A stretch of 64,000 nt of DNA, from contig CAWKAR010000050.1 of NCBI GenBank assembly GCA_963847625.1, forward strand, positions 64,001 through 128,000, written 5' to 3'. Shown piece by piece: positions 9,286-19,163 of the stretch (the first letter of the stretch is position 1; every line of letters starts with the position of its first letter). The notes beneath the pieces are model-generated. The model searched no databases and was not told where the DNA came from. It saw only the letters and a program-made list of their open reading frames with translations. The stretch comes from a candidate division FCPU426 bacterium. GTDB taxonomy: Bacteria > Oederibacteriota > Muellerivitia > Muellerivitales > Muellerivitaceae. A program made the position numbers and the translations under genes.

Positions 9286-10749
9286 ATGATTGCCTCTAAA
9301 GCCGAACTTTTCTCGGTGCTTCGCCAATATAACCCCTGGTGGTCCGGTGGGCGGGTTCCCAACTTGCCGACCTGGAAACGGGTGGCTTTCCATGAAGTCG
9401 TCACCTGGATCGAGAATCCGCCCGCCAACCGGGCTTTACTCCTCAGTGGCGCGCGCCAAGTCGGGAAAACCACCCTTTTCCTGCAAGCCATTGAGCACTT
9501 GCTGGGCCAGGGTGTCAATCCCCCGAATATCCTCTACGTTACTTTCGACCATCCCCTTTTGAAATTGCTGGGGTTGGACGGGTTGTTGGAATTGTGGCGG
9601 GAATTCCAGCCAACGGGCGGGGGAACCGAATACCTTTTCCTCGACGAGATCCAGATCACCAAGGATTGGCAGACTTGGTTGAAACACCAGGTCGATTTCG
9701 GAAAAGGGCGCCGGATCGCCGTGACGGGTTCCGCCACGCCCTTGAACCGCGAGGGCCAGGAATCCGGCGTCGGGCGCTGGCATACCATCCGCCTGGCGAC
9801 TCTGTCTTTCTATGAATACCTCCAGTTGCGGAACCTTCCCCTGCCTTCGCTCCCGCCGGTGACTTCCCTCATGAACCTCCTCAAATGGGACGAGAACCAA
9901 TTTACCCGCGTCGCGGACGTCGCCAAACCCCTCGTCGGGTATTTCCATGAATACCTCCTCCGTGGCGGGTTTCCCCAGTGCGCTCTGGTGGAAGATATCT
10001 CCACTGCCCAAAAACTGCTCCGGGAGGACATCGTTGACAAGGTCCTCAAGCGGGATATGACGGCCCTTTTCGGGGTCCGCCGCGTGGTCGAGTTGGAACA
10101 GGTATTCCTCTACCTTTGCCTGCACGACGGGGGCCAGGTTTCCCTGCCCGACTTGTGCAAGAACCTCGAGCTCAAGAGGCCCACGGTCGAGAACTTCATC
10201 GACTTGCTGGAATCCACCCACCTCATTCACCGCCTTTTTCCTTTCGGCTATGGAAAGGAAGTCCTCCGGGGAAGGGCAAAGATCTACCTGGCGGACGCCG
10301 CCATCGGGCCCAGCGTCCTCTTGCGGGGAAGGGCGTTGCTGGAAAACCCGACCTGGCTGGGGCAGGCGGTCGAGACCGCCTTCTTCAAGCACGTCTTTAC
10401 CCGTTACTACCAGCAAAGCGTGGGGTTTACTTATTGGCGGGGAAAGAAGGACCAGGAAGTGGACATCATCGCCGACGTGGGGGACAGGCTGGTCCCCTTC
10501 GAGGTGAAATACCGGCCTCCCGGCTCCATCAAACTGAAGGGACTCATCGAATTTTGCGGGGAACGGAAAGTGGAATTGGGCTATGTCATCACCCATGATT
10601 TGACCGACTTCGGGGAGGTCCCGGTTAAAGCCAAGCTGCCTAACAGCCGGATCTTGAAAATACCGGCGCCCCTGGCCTGCTATTGGCTCGGGAAATTGGA
10701 GATTGAGAATACCCAAGATATGGAATCGCCCCATTTACCCATGGGATAA
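9286..10749 (+). CDS. AAA+ ATPase with DUF4143-type C-terminal (PD-(D/E)XK-like) domain
   Basis: NPWW, GARQVGKTT, LFLDEIQ, VTGSA, GGFP, KIYLAD, EVDII...PFEVKY. Confidence 0.9.
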   Translation: MIASKAELFSVLRQYNPWWSGGRVPNLPTWKRVAFHEVVTWIENPPANRALLLSGARQVGKTTLFLQAIEHLLGQGVNPPNILYVTFDHPLLKLLGLDGLLELWREFQPTGGGTEYLFLDEIQITKDWQTWLKHQVDFGKGRRIAVTGSATPLNREGQESGVGRWHTIRLATLSFYEYLQLRNLPLPSLPPVTSLMNLLKWDENQFTRVADVAKPLVGYFHEYLLRGGFPQCALVEDISTAQKLLREDIVDKVLKRDMTALFGVRRVVELEQVFLYLCLHDGGQVSLPDLCKNLELKRPTVENFIDLLESTHLIHRLFPFGYGKEVLRGRAKIYLADAAIGPSVLLRGRALLENPTWLGQAVETAFFKHVFTRYYQQSVGFTYWRGKKDQEVDIIADVGDRLVPFEVKYRPPGSIKLKGLIEFCGERKVELGYVITHDLTDFGEVPVKAKLPNSRILKIPAPLACYWLGKLEIENTQDMESPHLPMG

Positions 10750-10988
10750 ATACCCAGTGGTCGATACCGTGGACGAACCCATTGAGAAGAAAGGATTGGG
10801 TGTTTAAAGCGTTAATGCGACTAGGCCGGAAAGTTTTAACCCTGTTTTTTTTGATGTCCAGAGACCAACCTTTTCGGACTTTCAGGTTTTTAATAACCTC
10901 CAGTTTCCGTCCTTAAAACAGCCGTTGTTTCACCATGTTATACTACGCAACCCATTGAACGTGGAACCCTTTAGTAAAGGCAAATAAA

Positions 10989-11777
10989 ATGGTTTTATCA
11001 CCATCCCAATTAAATAAAGAACTTTTAAACGAAACCCTCTGGCGTTATGTAACTTTACCGATCTTTATAGACATGCTTCTCAATAAAAGATTATTTTTTT
11101 CATCTCCTATTTTTTTCAAGGACCCTTGGGAAGGAAGAATTTCTGAAAAACAAAGAATTGAATGGACAAAATCTAATTTTGAAATAAACCAACCTGATGA
11201 TGATCTGATTAGAATCTATATGGAATGCGTAAAATCTAACATTTATATAAGTTGTTGGCATTCTAACGAATCAGAATCGGAGGCGATGTGGAATAGTTAT
11301 TCCAGTAATCATGGTATCGCAATAGTTACTAAAGCCAAAAATGTATTAAAGGCGCTTCCGGAAAAATCTAATGTGAATGAAGTTCCTTATGAATTTAAAA
11401 AAGTCCAATATTTTTATCAGAATGAAGAACTCAAAATTTTAGATCCCGTTTCACCCTTTTTTTTAAAAAGAGAGTCTTTTAAACATGAAAATGAAGTTAG
11501 AGTTATTATTTTTCATCAAAAAAAATGTATTGAGGAATATAACCATATCATGGAACTTACCCTAAAAAATCCTAAGTTACTTCATCTTTATGGTGCTCAT
11601 TCAAACCCTGATGGCGGAATTTATTTACCAATAGAACCAAATGAATTGATTGAGAAAATTATAATTCATCCAGAAACCCAAAATTGGACTGTCAATTTAA
11701 TAATTGATACTGCAAAAAAATTAGGATTCACAAAAGAAATTAATAAATCTGATCTATACGCAATACCACCTAACTAA
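10989..11777 (+). CDS. DUF2971-like protein
   Basis: LWRY, FKDPWEG, YISCWH, ESEAMWNSY, KRESFKHENEVR motifs; AT-rich. Confidence 0.8.
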   Translation: MVLSPSQLNKELLNETLWRYVTLPIFIDMLLNKRLFFSSPIFFKDPWEGRISEKQRIEWTKSNFEINQPDDDLIRIYMECVKSNIYISCWHSNESESEAMWNSYSSNHGIAIVTKAKNVLKALPEKSNVNEVPYEFKKVQYFYQNEELKILDPVSPFFLKRESFKHENEVRVIIFHQKKCIEEYNHIMELTLKNPKLLHLYGAHSNPDGGIYLPIEPNELIEKIIIHPETQNWTVNLIIDTAKKLGFTKEINKSDLYAIPPN

Positions 11778-11908
11778 TTTTTTAAAGAAATATTTTGATC
11801 GTTTCCCAACCCGGCGATCCAGACAGTTGTCCAATATTCCCAATTACGTATTTCCTCTATTGTCGGCCGTATCCAGCGGGAATATCTTGGATTCGTGCTT
11901 TTATCCCT

Positions 11909-12568
11909 TCATTTGCATACACCCATCTCTATCTTCCTTCCGGCAATCCATACATTTTGGGTTAGTTCATCGGCCACAGTATTTATAAATGAATTAATAG
12001 CTTGATCCCAAGTTCCTATACCGCCAGTTGTAACGTGTTCTTCACTATGCCAAGCTATTTTCCCGGTGGCTACGTCAACCAAATCAACAGTTGCATTAAA
12101 AGTTGTGATAGTTCCAGCTATACTTTGATTCATTGTTCTGGAGGTAAATGTGTAATCTCCAAATGCATCTCGCGTGACGGTACCTTGGGTTGTGGAACCC
12201 AAATCAATGTTGTAATCTCGGCTTTTAGGCGTATCCATTCCTATAAAAATAACCGCATCACAATTATTTTTTTCACATAATTGTTTAATTTCATCAGTAG
12301 TTAATGGGGTTAATTTAAAAGTTTCCTGGACCCTTTCATAAATTTTTGCGGGGATATCCCCTTTTGCATCTGTGTCTTTTTGATTCAAATTATTGGACAA
12401 ACCATCTTCTAATTGTGTTTGGAATTCCATCCCCGGGACATTTGCTATTATTAAAATTGATGAATATTTTTTAAGTGCAACTTCTGGATTACTCCTGCTA
12501 AAAATGTGGGTTTCAGCACAACCCCCTACTAATAAGCCTATACCTAACACCAACAAAATCTTTATCAT
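11909..12568 (-). CDS. Hypothetical lipoprotein
   Basis: Lipobox-like LVGGC after a short hydrophobic signal; DLVDVATGKIAW motif; AT-rich. Confidence 0.75.
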   Translation of the reverse strand: MIKILLVLGIGLLVGGCAETHIFSRSNPEVALKKYSSILIIANVPGMEFQTQLEDGLSNNLNQKDTDAKGDIPAKIYERVQETFKLTPLTTDEIKQLCEKNNCDAVIFIGMDTPKSRDYNIDLGSTTQGTVTRDAFGDYTFTSRTMNQSIAGTITTFNATVDLVDVATGKIAWHSEEHVTTGGIGTWDQAINSFINTVADELTQNVWIAGRKIEMGVCK

Positions 12569-12586
12569 CCCGCACCCCGTAATTTT

Positions 12587-13462
12587 CTAATTCTTGGTAT
12601 CAGTGTGTAACTTTTGAAGCAACATACCCATAAGGTAATCAAGCCATTTCTCTGTATCAGTTTTCTCTTTATCAGTTTCAGCCATTGATAATGCCTGATT
12701 AAATGCATCACAGGAATCTTGCCACTTTTTCTCTTTTGCTGCTAATGAACCAGCTTCATAAGCTTCAGTGAAGGAGTGATATTTTATTTTAACCAACCCT
12801 GATTCTTCTAATTTCATAGCCATTTCACTAAGAAATTCATCTCTTATTTCTCCGAACCCTGAGCCATTTCCGCTTGTTTTTTCCTCACAATGCCATACTG
12901 TTTTTCCGCTATTGGTCTCCATAATCTCCGATGTGCCATTTAATCCTATTGCGGTTTGGAAGGAATACCCGTTGGTGTTTCCTTGGTATTGGGAATAACT
13001 GGTATTGTTTCCGTTAACTCCATAACCAAATAATCTATGAAATATATTTTGGAAAATATCAGAATTCGTAGTGGAATCACCTGTTGTTTCGGTATGAAAT
13101 TGTTGAGACATAATTGGTTGTACTAAAATTATCATAATTCCATCTGCTTTTAAAACACGTACAACTTCTTTTGATTTTTCCCATTTATCCTTTTCTCCAG
13201 AGAAAATAACCTGGGTGGAAGCAACTAATATTGAGGGGACACGCCAATCATTTAGCCTTTTGATAATTCCTTCTTCCACGGCCATACGATCTATTGTGCT
13301 TAAAGCGGGATCTGCGTAAACAAGAAGCTTACTGAATAGTTGACTTTTAATTTCAGGATTAACCTGTGCGTATATTTCCGTAGTTGGCGTTGGATTAGCT
13401 TCTAAATTAGTACAACACATAATAAAAACCCCTATTCCCAACGCCAGCAGAGACTTTTTCAT
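12587..13462 (-). CDS. Hypothetical exported protein with C-terminal TPR-like helix pair, probably related to the downstream gene
   Basis: Signal MKKSLLALGIGVFIMCC; METNSGKTVWHCEE resembles VDVATGKIAWHSEE; AT-rich. Confidence 0.7.
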   Translation of the reverse strand: MKKSLLALGIGVFIMCCTNLEANPTPTTEIYAQVNPEIKSQLFSKLLVYADPALSTIDRMAVEEGIIKRLNDWRVPSILVASTQVIFSGEKDKWEKSKEVVRVLKADGIMIILVQPIMSQQFHTETTGDSTTNSDIFQNIFHRLFGYGVNGNNTSYSQYQGNTNGYSFQTAIGLNGTSEIMETNSGKTVWHCEEKTSGNGSGFGEIRDEFLSEMAMKLEESGLVKIKYHSFTEAYEAGSLAAKEKKWQDSCDAFNQALSMAETDKEKTDTEKWLDYLMGMLLQKLHTDTKN

Positions 13463-13668
13463 TCTATGCCCCTTAGCAAAACCACATTAAATATGAATCC
13501 ATTTTATGCCCAAACAGCATATCTCCTGAGTATTTTCACTTCTGTAAAACCGCTCAAAATTATAAGATTTCCCATGTATATGGGATAACGACATATTTAA
13601 CCTCTATTATTTTCGGACATTCCGTTTCTTTTAATCCCACGATGGTTTCAACTCGTTTCACCCGCTCA

Positions 13669-13799
13669 CCGCGGGCTTAATCAGGGCGGGGCAGGGAACT
13701 GCCGGTTCGCAGGACTTCCAGGAAAGCGGGTCCGTAGCGCTTTAACTTGGTTTCACCCACGCTGGAAATTTGGGCGAACTCATCCAGGTTGGAGGGCCG
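13669..13799 (-). repeat. Duplicated copy of the recQ 3' end (direct repeat of 14624-14754)
   Basis: 131-bp ungapped alignment with 9 mismatches by hand count, including the stop codon. Confidence 0.9.
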
Positions 13800-13851
13800 T
13801 GGGCAGGGATCGTGGACGATATTTTCAAAGCGAAATGGGGCAGAAATTTAG

Positions 13852-13885
13852 TTGATGCAAAGATGGTATCATATATAATACCATC
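13852..13885 (+). promoter_or_regulatory. TA promoter with palindromic operator
   Basis: TTGATG-N16-TATAAT (13874-13879) overlapped by GATGGTAT-N8-ATACCATC; ATG follows 6 nt after the -10. Confidence 0.6.
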
Positions 13886-14314
13886 ATGAAACCTTTGCGA
13901 ATTGTGTTGGATACCAACATTCTTGTCTCAGCTTTAAGATCGCGCTTGGGCGCTTCGCACCGGTTATTATTGGCGCTGGGCGACAAACGGTTCCAAATTC
14001 AATTGTCGGTGGCGCTTCTGTTGGAGTATGAGGTGGCTATCAAAAATCCAAATAGCGGCATTAAACTTTCAGCCGGGGAAAAGGACGACATCCTGGATTA
14101 TCTCTGCTCCGAGGCGCGACATTGTAAAGTACATTATCTTTGGAGGCCATGCTTAAAGGACCCGGGAGATGACATGGTCCTGGAATTGGCCGTGGCTTCC
14201 GGAGCAAGTGGGATAGTTACTTTTAACAGACGGGATTTCAAAGGAATTGAGGCTTGGGGTTTAAAAATTTACACGCCCCAGAAAATATTGACGTTTTTGG
14301 GAGGACTAAAATGA
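13886..14314 (+). CDS. PIN-domain toxin
   Basis: IVLDTNILVSAL, EYE, LKDPGDDMVLELA, IVTFNRRDF. Confidence 0.92.
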   Translation: MKPLRIVLDTNILVSALRSRLGASHRLLLALGDKRFQIQLSVALLLEYEVAIKNPNSGIKLSAGEKDDILDYLCSEARHCKVHYLWRPCLKDPGDDMVLELAVASGASGIVTFNRRDFKGIEAWGLKIYTPQKILTFLGGLK

Positions 14315-14550
14315 GTGCTATCAGTTTGAGGTTGCCGAATACCCTTCACCGTTCCGTTCGTGAAATGGCTGATAAGGAGCATGTTTCCATCAATCAAATG
14401 ATCACATTGGCCCTCGCGGAAAAAGTTTCAGCCTTGATGGCTGATGAATATTTAGGAAGCCGCGCAAGAAGTGGAAGCCGGGCGAAATTCCTGAAGGCCA
14501 TGGGCCGGGTAGGAAAAACAGAACCTGAGCCGAAGGACAAACTTCGTTAA
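14311..14550 (+). CDS. Ribbon-helix-helix antitoxin (HicB-like C-terminal type)
   Basis: MSAISLRLPNTLH...VSINQMITLALAEK; GGAGG RBS; ATGA overlap with the toxin stop. Confidence 0.85.
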   Translation: MSAISLRLPNTLHRSVREMADKEHVSINQMITLALAEKVSALMADEYLGSRARSGSRAKFLKAMGRVGKTEPEPKDKLR

Positions 14551-14631
14551 CTGTCCCCGATAAGCCTGGATGGGTCAGTCTGGGCCAATAGGTCATCCAT
14601 AGGCTGTCCACAGCGGGGACTCGCCGCGGGC

Positions 14632-16479
14632 TTAATCAGCGCGGGGCAGGGAACTGGCGGATCGCAGGACTTCCAGGAAAGCGGGCCCGTAGCGCTTCAA
14701 CTTGGTTTCACCCACGCCGGAGATTTGGGTGAACTCATTCAGGTTGGAGGGCCGCTGGGCGGCCATTTCGCGAAGGGTGCTGTCGTGAAAAACGACGTAG
14801 GGCGGAAGGTTTTGCTCCTTGGCCAGGCTCGCCCGCAGGGAACGCAAGGCCTCAAAAAGGGAAGATTCCCGGCCGTCCCAGGCGGCAGGCGGCCTTGCCG
14901 GGGATTTGCCCTTCCGAGAATCCCGTTTGGCCTTGCGGGGAGCCGGGTCTTCCCTCAACCACACCTTTTGTCCCTCCTTCAAGACGGACCAGGATTTTGG
15001 ATTCAGCTTAAAGGTGCCGTAGCCATCCAAGTCCACTTCGATATAATCCCCCGCGACCAATTGGCGGAATACCGAGTCCCAATTCCTTTTTTCCAATTCC
15101 TTGCCCACGCCGAAAACGCTCAACCAGGTATGGCCGAACTGGGCGGCCTTTTCCGTCTCCTTCCCCATCAGCAGGTCGATCAAGTGGCCGGCGCCGAAGC
15201 GCTGGCCCGTGCGGTAAATGCAGGAGAGGGCTTTTTGCGCGGCGACGGTGGCGTCCCAGGTCTTGGGGGGCTGAAGGCAGTTGTCGCAGCCGCCGCAGTT
15301 TCCCGGATGCTCCTCGCCGAAATAGGCCAGCAGGGACTGGCGGCGGCAGCGCACGGTCTCGCAAAGGCCCAGCATGGCGTTGAGCTTTTGCCCGGCCAGG
15401 CGCTTGTAGGCTTCCTCCCCCTCCCCGCCCTGGATCATCCGCCGGAGCTTCACCACGTCGTCCAGGGAATAGGCCATCCAAGCCGAGGCGGGTTCTCCGT
15501 CGCGCCCCGCGCGGCCGGTTTCCTGGTAATAGGACTCCACGCTCTTGGGGATTCCCAAGTGGGCCACGAAGCGCACGTTGGGCTTGTCGATGCCCATTCC
15601 GAAAGCGATGGTCGCCACCATGACTAGCCCGTCCTCCCGGAGGAACCTGGCCTGGTGGCGGCGCCGCGCATCCGCCTCCATTCCGGCGTGGTAGGGCAGG
15701 GCTGGGACGCCCCTTTCCGAGAGCCAGGCGGCCGTTTCCTCGGTATTGGTCCGGCTCAGGACATAGACGATGCCGGCTTGGCCCGGATGGTTGGAACGGA
15801 TGAAATCCAGCAACTGCTCCCGGCCCGCGCCCTTGACCGTGATTTGGTAGCGGATATTGGGCCGGTCGAAGCTGGAGGAGAAAACGGGGTCTTGCGCCAA
15901 CCCCAACCGCTCGCGGATTTCTTTTTGCGTTTGGGGGTCCGCGGTGGCCGTCATGGCCACCAGGGGCACGGAGGCGAAATGCTCCCGCAGGCGGGCGATT
16001 TGGAGGTAATCGGGCCGGAAGTCATGCCCCCATTGGGAAACGCAGTGGGCCTCATCCACGGCGATGAGGCTTAAGGGAAGGCCGTGGATGAAATCCTGGA
16101 ATCCGGGGGTGATGAGGGTCTCGGGAGCGGCGTAAAGCAGGTCCAATTCCCCCCGAAAGGCTCGTTCGCGGATTTCGCCTTTTTGGCGGCCATCCAGGGT
16201 GGAGTTGTAAAAGGCGGCCGCCACCCCGTTCTGGACCAAGGCGTCGACCTGGTCCTGCATCAGGGCGATGAGGGGGGAAATGACCAGCCCCAATCCGGGC
16301 CTCAACATGGCTGGGATCTGGAAGCAGAGGCTTTTGCCGCCGCCGGTGGGCATCAGCACCAGGCAGGAACCGCCGTCCAGGACATGGCGGATGACGGCCT
16401 CCTGCCGGCCTCGAAAGGACGGGTATCCGAAGACGCGGTTGAGAAGGGAAAAGGGGGTGGTATTGGTTGAAGGTTTCAT
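14632..16479 (-). CDS. recQ: ATP-dependent DNA helicase RecQ
   Basis: [50 protein letters not shown], Zn-binding CRR...CGGCDNC, RQC and HRDC domains. Confidence 0.97.
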   Translation of the reverse strand: MKPSTNTTPFSLLNRVFGYPSFRGRQEAVIRHVLDGGSCLVLMPTGGGKSLCFQIPAMLRPGLGLVISPLIALMQDQVDALVQNGVAAAFYNSTLDGRQKGEIRERAFRGELDLLYAAPETLITPGFQDFIHGLPLSLIAVDEAHCVSQWGHDFRPDYLQIARLREHFASVPLVAMTATADPQTQKEIRERLGLAQDPVFSSSFDRPNIRYQITVKGAGREQLLDFIRSNHPGQAGIVYVLSRTNTEETAAWLSERGVPALPYHAGMEADARRRHQARFLREDGLVMVATIAFGMGIDKPNVRFVAHLGIPKSVESYYQETGRAGRDGEPASAWMAYSLDDVVKLRRMIQGGEGEEAYKRLAGQKLNAMLGLCETVRCRRQSLLAYFGEEHPGNCGGCDNCLQPPKTWDATVAAQKALSCIYRTGQRFGAGHLIDLLMGKETEKAAQFGHTWLSVFGVGKELEKRNWDSVFRQLVAGDYIEVDLDGYGTFKLNPKSWSVLKEGQKVWLREDPAPRKAKRDSRKGKSPARPPAAWDGRESSLFEALRSLRASLAKEQNLPPYVVFHDSTLREMAAQRPSNLNEFTQISGVGETKLKRYGPAFLEVLRSASSLPRAD

Positions 16480-16551
16480 AGGGGGCGGTTACCGTCGGTT
16501 CGATTTCAAACCCCGACATGATAACGCCCCGTTGGAGGCGGTTCTAGCGAT

Positions 16552-16646
16552 CTGCCAGTAGGAGCCGTGGAACCTGCCAGTAGGAAGCCCGATCTGCCAG
16601 TAGAACCTCCGAAACCTGCCAGTAGGAGGCCGGATTCTGCCAGTAG
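16552..16646. repeat. Five copies of CTGCCAGTAG at about 21-bp period
   Basis: Copies start at 16552, 16574, 16594, 16616 and 16637. Confidence 0.85.
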
Positions 16647-16744
16647 GTTCCTGCTGAATGTGGGCGGGTTATCTCCACAGATTTCTTATAAATCTGCACT
16701 GGCAATCATTGCCCTCGGCTTGAAGCCTCGGGCAGCCAGCCCCT

Positions 16745-17038
16745 ACCGGTAAATGACACTGGGTTTATGGGCGGGTTATCTCCCCTGCCGGCAAATGATA
16801 CTGGGTTTGCGGGCGGGTTATCCCCCCTGTCGGCAAATGACACCGGGTTTGTGGGCGGGTTATCCCCCCTGTCGGCAAATGACACTGGGTTTGTGGGCGG
16901 GTTATCCTCCCTGCCGGTAAATGACACTGGGTTTGTGGACGGGTTATCTCCCCCTGCCGACAAATGACACTGGGAATGTGGGCGGTTTATCCTCCCTTCC
17001 GGCAGATGACACTGGGAATGTGGGCGGGTTATCCCCCC
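16745..17038. repeat. Seven 42-bp tandem repeats (CCGGCAAATGACACTGGGTTTGTGGGCGGGTTATCCCCCCTG-like)
   Basis: AAATGA anchors at 16751, 16793, 16835, 16877, 16919, 16962 and 17004 (AGATGA). Confidence 0.9.
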
Positions 17039-17040
17039 AT

Positions 17041-17249
17041 ACTGGGTTACTCGCCTTTTATACTGGGTTGCTGGCTTCCAATAAAGGGTTCGCGGCTTCC
17101 AGCACTGGGTTCGCGGTTTCCAGCACTGGGTTCGCGGCTTCCAGCACTGGGTTCGCGGCTTCCAGCACTGGGTTCGCGGTTTCCAGCACTGGGTTCGCGG
17201 CTTCCAGCACTGGGTTCGCGGCCTCCAGCACTGGGTTCGCGGCCCTGTG
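17041..17249. repeat. About ten 21-bp tandem repeats (ACTGGGTTCGCGGCTTCCAGC)
   Basis: Exact 21-bp period from 17041 to 17230; a further unit begins at 18614 beyond the IS. Confidence 0.9.
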
Positions 17250-18604
17250 GGTAGTGTATTTTTGGGGGGTGTAAAAAGAAGCGGGCGTAACATGGTGTTT
17301 GTCTAGAACGCCATATCCTTTTTGTGAAAGGAAGTTACGCCCATGAAGAATATACACCTAGCCTTACAGGCCTTGGCAAGAGAGAAAACTCAAGCCTGGG
17401 TGAAATCTGTGGTTGGAAGCCGTGAGGTCGGCGAATGGGTAGGAGAAGCCCTGAATCAACAACTTTCGGAGGCTTTCAACGCCCAGTTGAGGAAAGAACG
17501 GGATGAAGCGTTGAATCGCCAGCCATATGAAAGGCAGGAAGGAAGCCGGTATCGCAATGGGTTCAAGCGGATCCTAGTTGCTGGATTTCTGGGACCTTTG
17601 GTGCTGAAAAAGCCAGTTTTGAGGAAAGGCGGATTTGTTTCGGAAACTCTGACGGCATTGAGAGCTGGAAGCCAAGCCTTGGTGGGATTTCTGGGAATGA
17701 AGTTCTGGCTAAAGGGGGCTTCCACCCGGTCGGTGGCGGCAGGGCTAAACGAGGCCTTTGGAACTAAGCTGACAGCCAATCACGTTAGCCAGATGACCAA
17801 TGCCTTAAAACCTACCCTGGAAGCCTGGGCTAAACGGCTATTACCCACCGGGATTCAATACTTGTACTTGGATGCCCTTTACCTGACGGTCAGGCGACAG
17901 GAAGCCGGTGTGAAACAAGCTTTGCTGGTGGCCATCGGGGTGGATGGGAACCTGAAGAGGCATTTTCTGGGGTACATGGTGGGAGACCGTGAAAGTGAGT
18001 CGGCCTGGGAAGCCATGTTGGAAGACTTGTTGAACAGAGGCTTAGACAGAAAAAGCTTACGAATGGTGGTATCCGACGCCCACGGTGGAATTGTCGCGGC
18101 GGTGAAAAATCGTCTTGGAATCCCCCATCAATTATGCTTGGTACACAAGATGGAAAACGTCCGGTGTCGAGTGGCCCAGAAGGACAGAAAGGCATTCATG
18201 GCTGATTTCAAAGCGGTGTATTGGGCCGAAAGTCGAGAGAACGCCTTGGTGGCACTAGGAAGTCTCAAGGCTAAGTGGGCCAAAACCTATCCCAAAGCAG
18301 TGGAGATGGCAGAGGAAAAATTCGACTCCTATACGCAGTTTTTCCAGGAAGACCGGAAGTTTTGGAAGATTACCCGCACCAGCAACCTAATCGAACGGCT
18401 TAACGAGGAGTTAAGGAAAAGGCTGAGGCCAGCGGGGATGATGCAGAACGAGCTGGAGATCGCCAAGTTGGTGTGGGGGGTAACCGAAACCCAACAACAA
18501 AATTGGAACAAGACTAAAGCCTACACCTCAAGAAGGGAGGCGGAGGTTCAAGCTGCTTGATTAAGACGCCCGTGGAAATTTACACCCAAAATATTGACGC
18601 AGGG
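17250..18604 (+). mobile_element. IS256-family insertion sequence
   Basis: 8-9-bp TSD (G)GCCCTGTG ending at 17249 and at 18612; imperfect 38-bp TIRs sharing GGGTGTAAA...CGGGCG. Confidence 0.88.
17343..18560 (+). CDS. IS256-family (Mutator-like) transposase
   Basis: YRNG, GASTR, YLYLDA, VVSDAH, QLCLVH, TSNLIERLNEELR. Confidence 0.93.
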   Translation: MKNIHLALQALAREKTQAWVKSVVGSREVGEWVGEALNQQLSEAFNAQLRKERDEALNRQPYERQEGSRYRNGFKRILVAGFLGPLVLKKPVLRKGGFVSETLTALRAGSQALVGFLGMKFWLKGASTRSVAAGLNEAFGTKLTANHVSQMTNALKPTLEAWAKRLLPTGIQYLYLDALYLTVRRQEAGVKQALLVAIGVDGNLKRHFLGYMVGDRESESAWEAMLEDLLNRGLDRKSLRMVVSDAHGGIVAAVKNRLGIPHQLCLVHKMENVRCRVAQKDRKAFMADFKAVYWAESRENALVALGSLKAKWAKTYPKAVEMAEEKFDSYTQFFQEDRKFWKITRTSNLIERLNEELRKRLRPAGMMQNELEIAKLVWGVTETQQQNWNKTKAYTSRREAEVQAA

Positions 18605-18701
18605 GCCCTGTGCACTGGGTCCGGGAGTCCTGCCCCAAAACGGGAACCTCGGCTTGAAACCTCGGACCAGAGGAAGAAGAAGGAAGATTCCAAATAAACG
18701 G

Positions 18702-19163
18702 TTAGAGGTCCTCGGGTTGGATAACCCAAAGCAGTGCGTTCTTTTCCCCGGTCCTTTCCAGGGCGACGACGCCGGCAGCGGGAAAATCAAAAGCCTCCGG
18801 ATGGTCCTGGAAATCCAAGAAGTGGGCCAACAGGGTTTTTATAAAAGGGAGGTGGCTGACCAGCATCAAGTCGCCTGAGAACTTGTAGATTTCCCGGAAG
18901 ATTTCCGTGTCGCTTCCCTCGGGGACCAGTCCTTTCTTCACAACCAGGGCCTCGGGGGGAAGTCCCAGCAATCCCTGGATGATCCCGGCGGTCTGGGCCG
19001 CCCTGGGCAGGGGGCTGTGCCAAATCGTGAGGGGGGTCATTTTTTTCTTCTTCAGGGATAACCCCACCTTGGCCACATTTTTCTCGCCTTTGGGGGTCAA
19101 GACCGAGGGTTTCCCCTCGCCGGGGGACGCGGCGTTTCCGTGGCGCATCAAATAGAGTTTCAT
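18702..19163 (-). CDS. sixA: Phosphohistidine phosphatase SixA
   Basis: MKLYLMRHG, HSPLPRAAQTA, LVSHLP. Confidence 0.88.
   Translation of the reverse strand: MKLYLMRHGNAASPGEGKPSVLTPKGEKNVAKVGLSLKKKKMTPLTIWHSPLPRAAQTAGIIQGLLGLPPEALVVKKGLVPEGSDTEIFREIYKFSGDLMLVSHLPFIKTLLAHFLDFQDHPEAFDFPAAGVVALERTGEKNALLWVIQPEDL

Noticed and set aside
16549..17249. CRISPR array
   Set aside because: Units are contiguous tandem repeats without unique 25-45-bp spacers, and no cas genes are present
16567..17357. Repeat-spanning ORFs (e.g. 16706-17293, 16921-17274, 17058-17357)
   Set aside because: Several frames are open only because the repeat periods are multiples of 3; some cross the IS boundary; no convincing RBS
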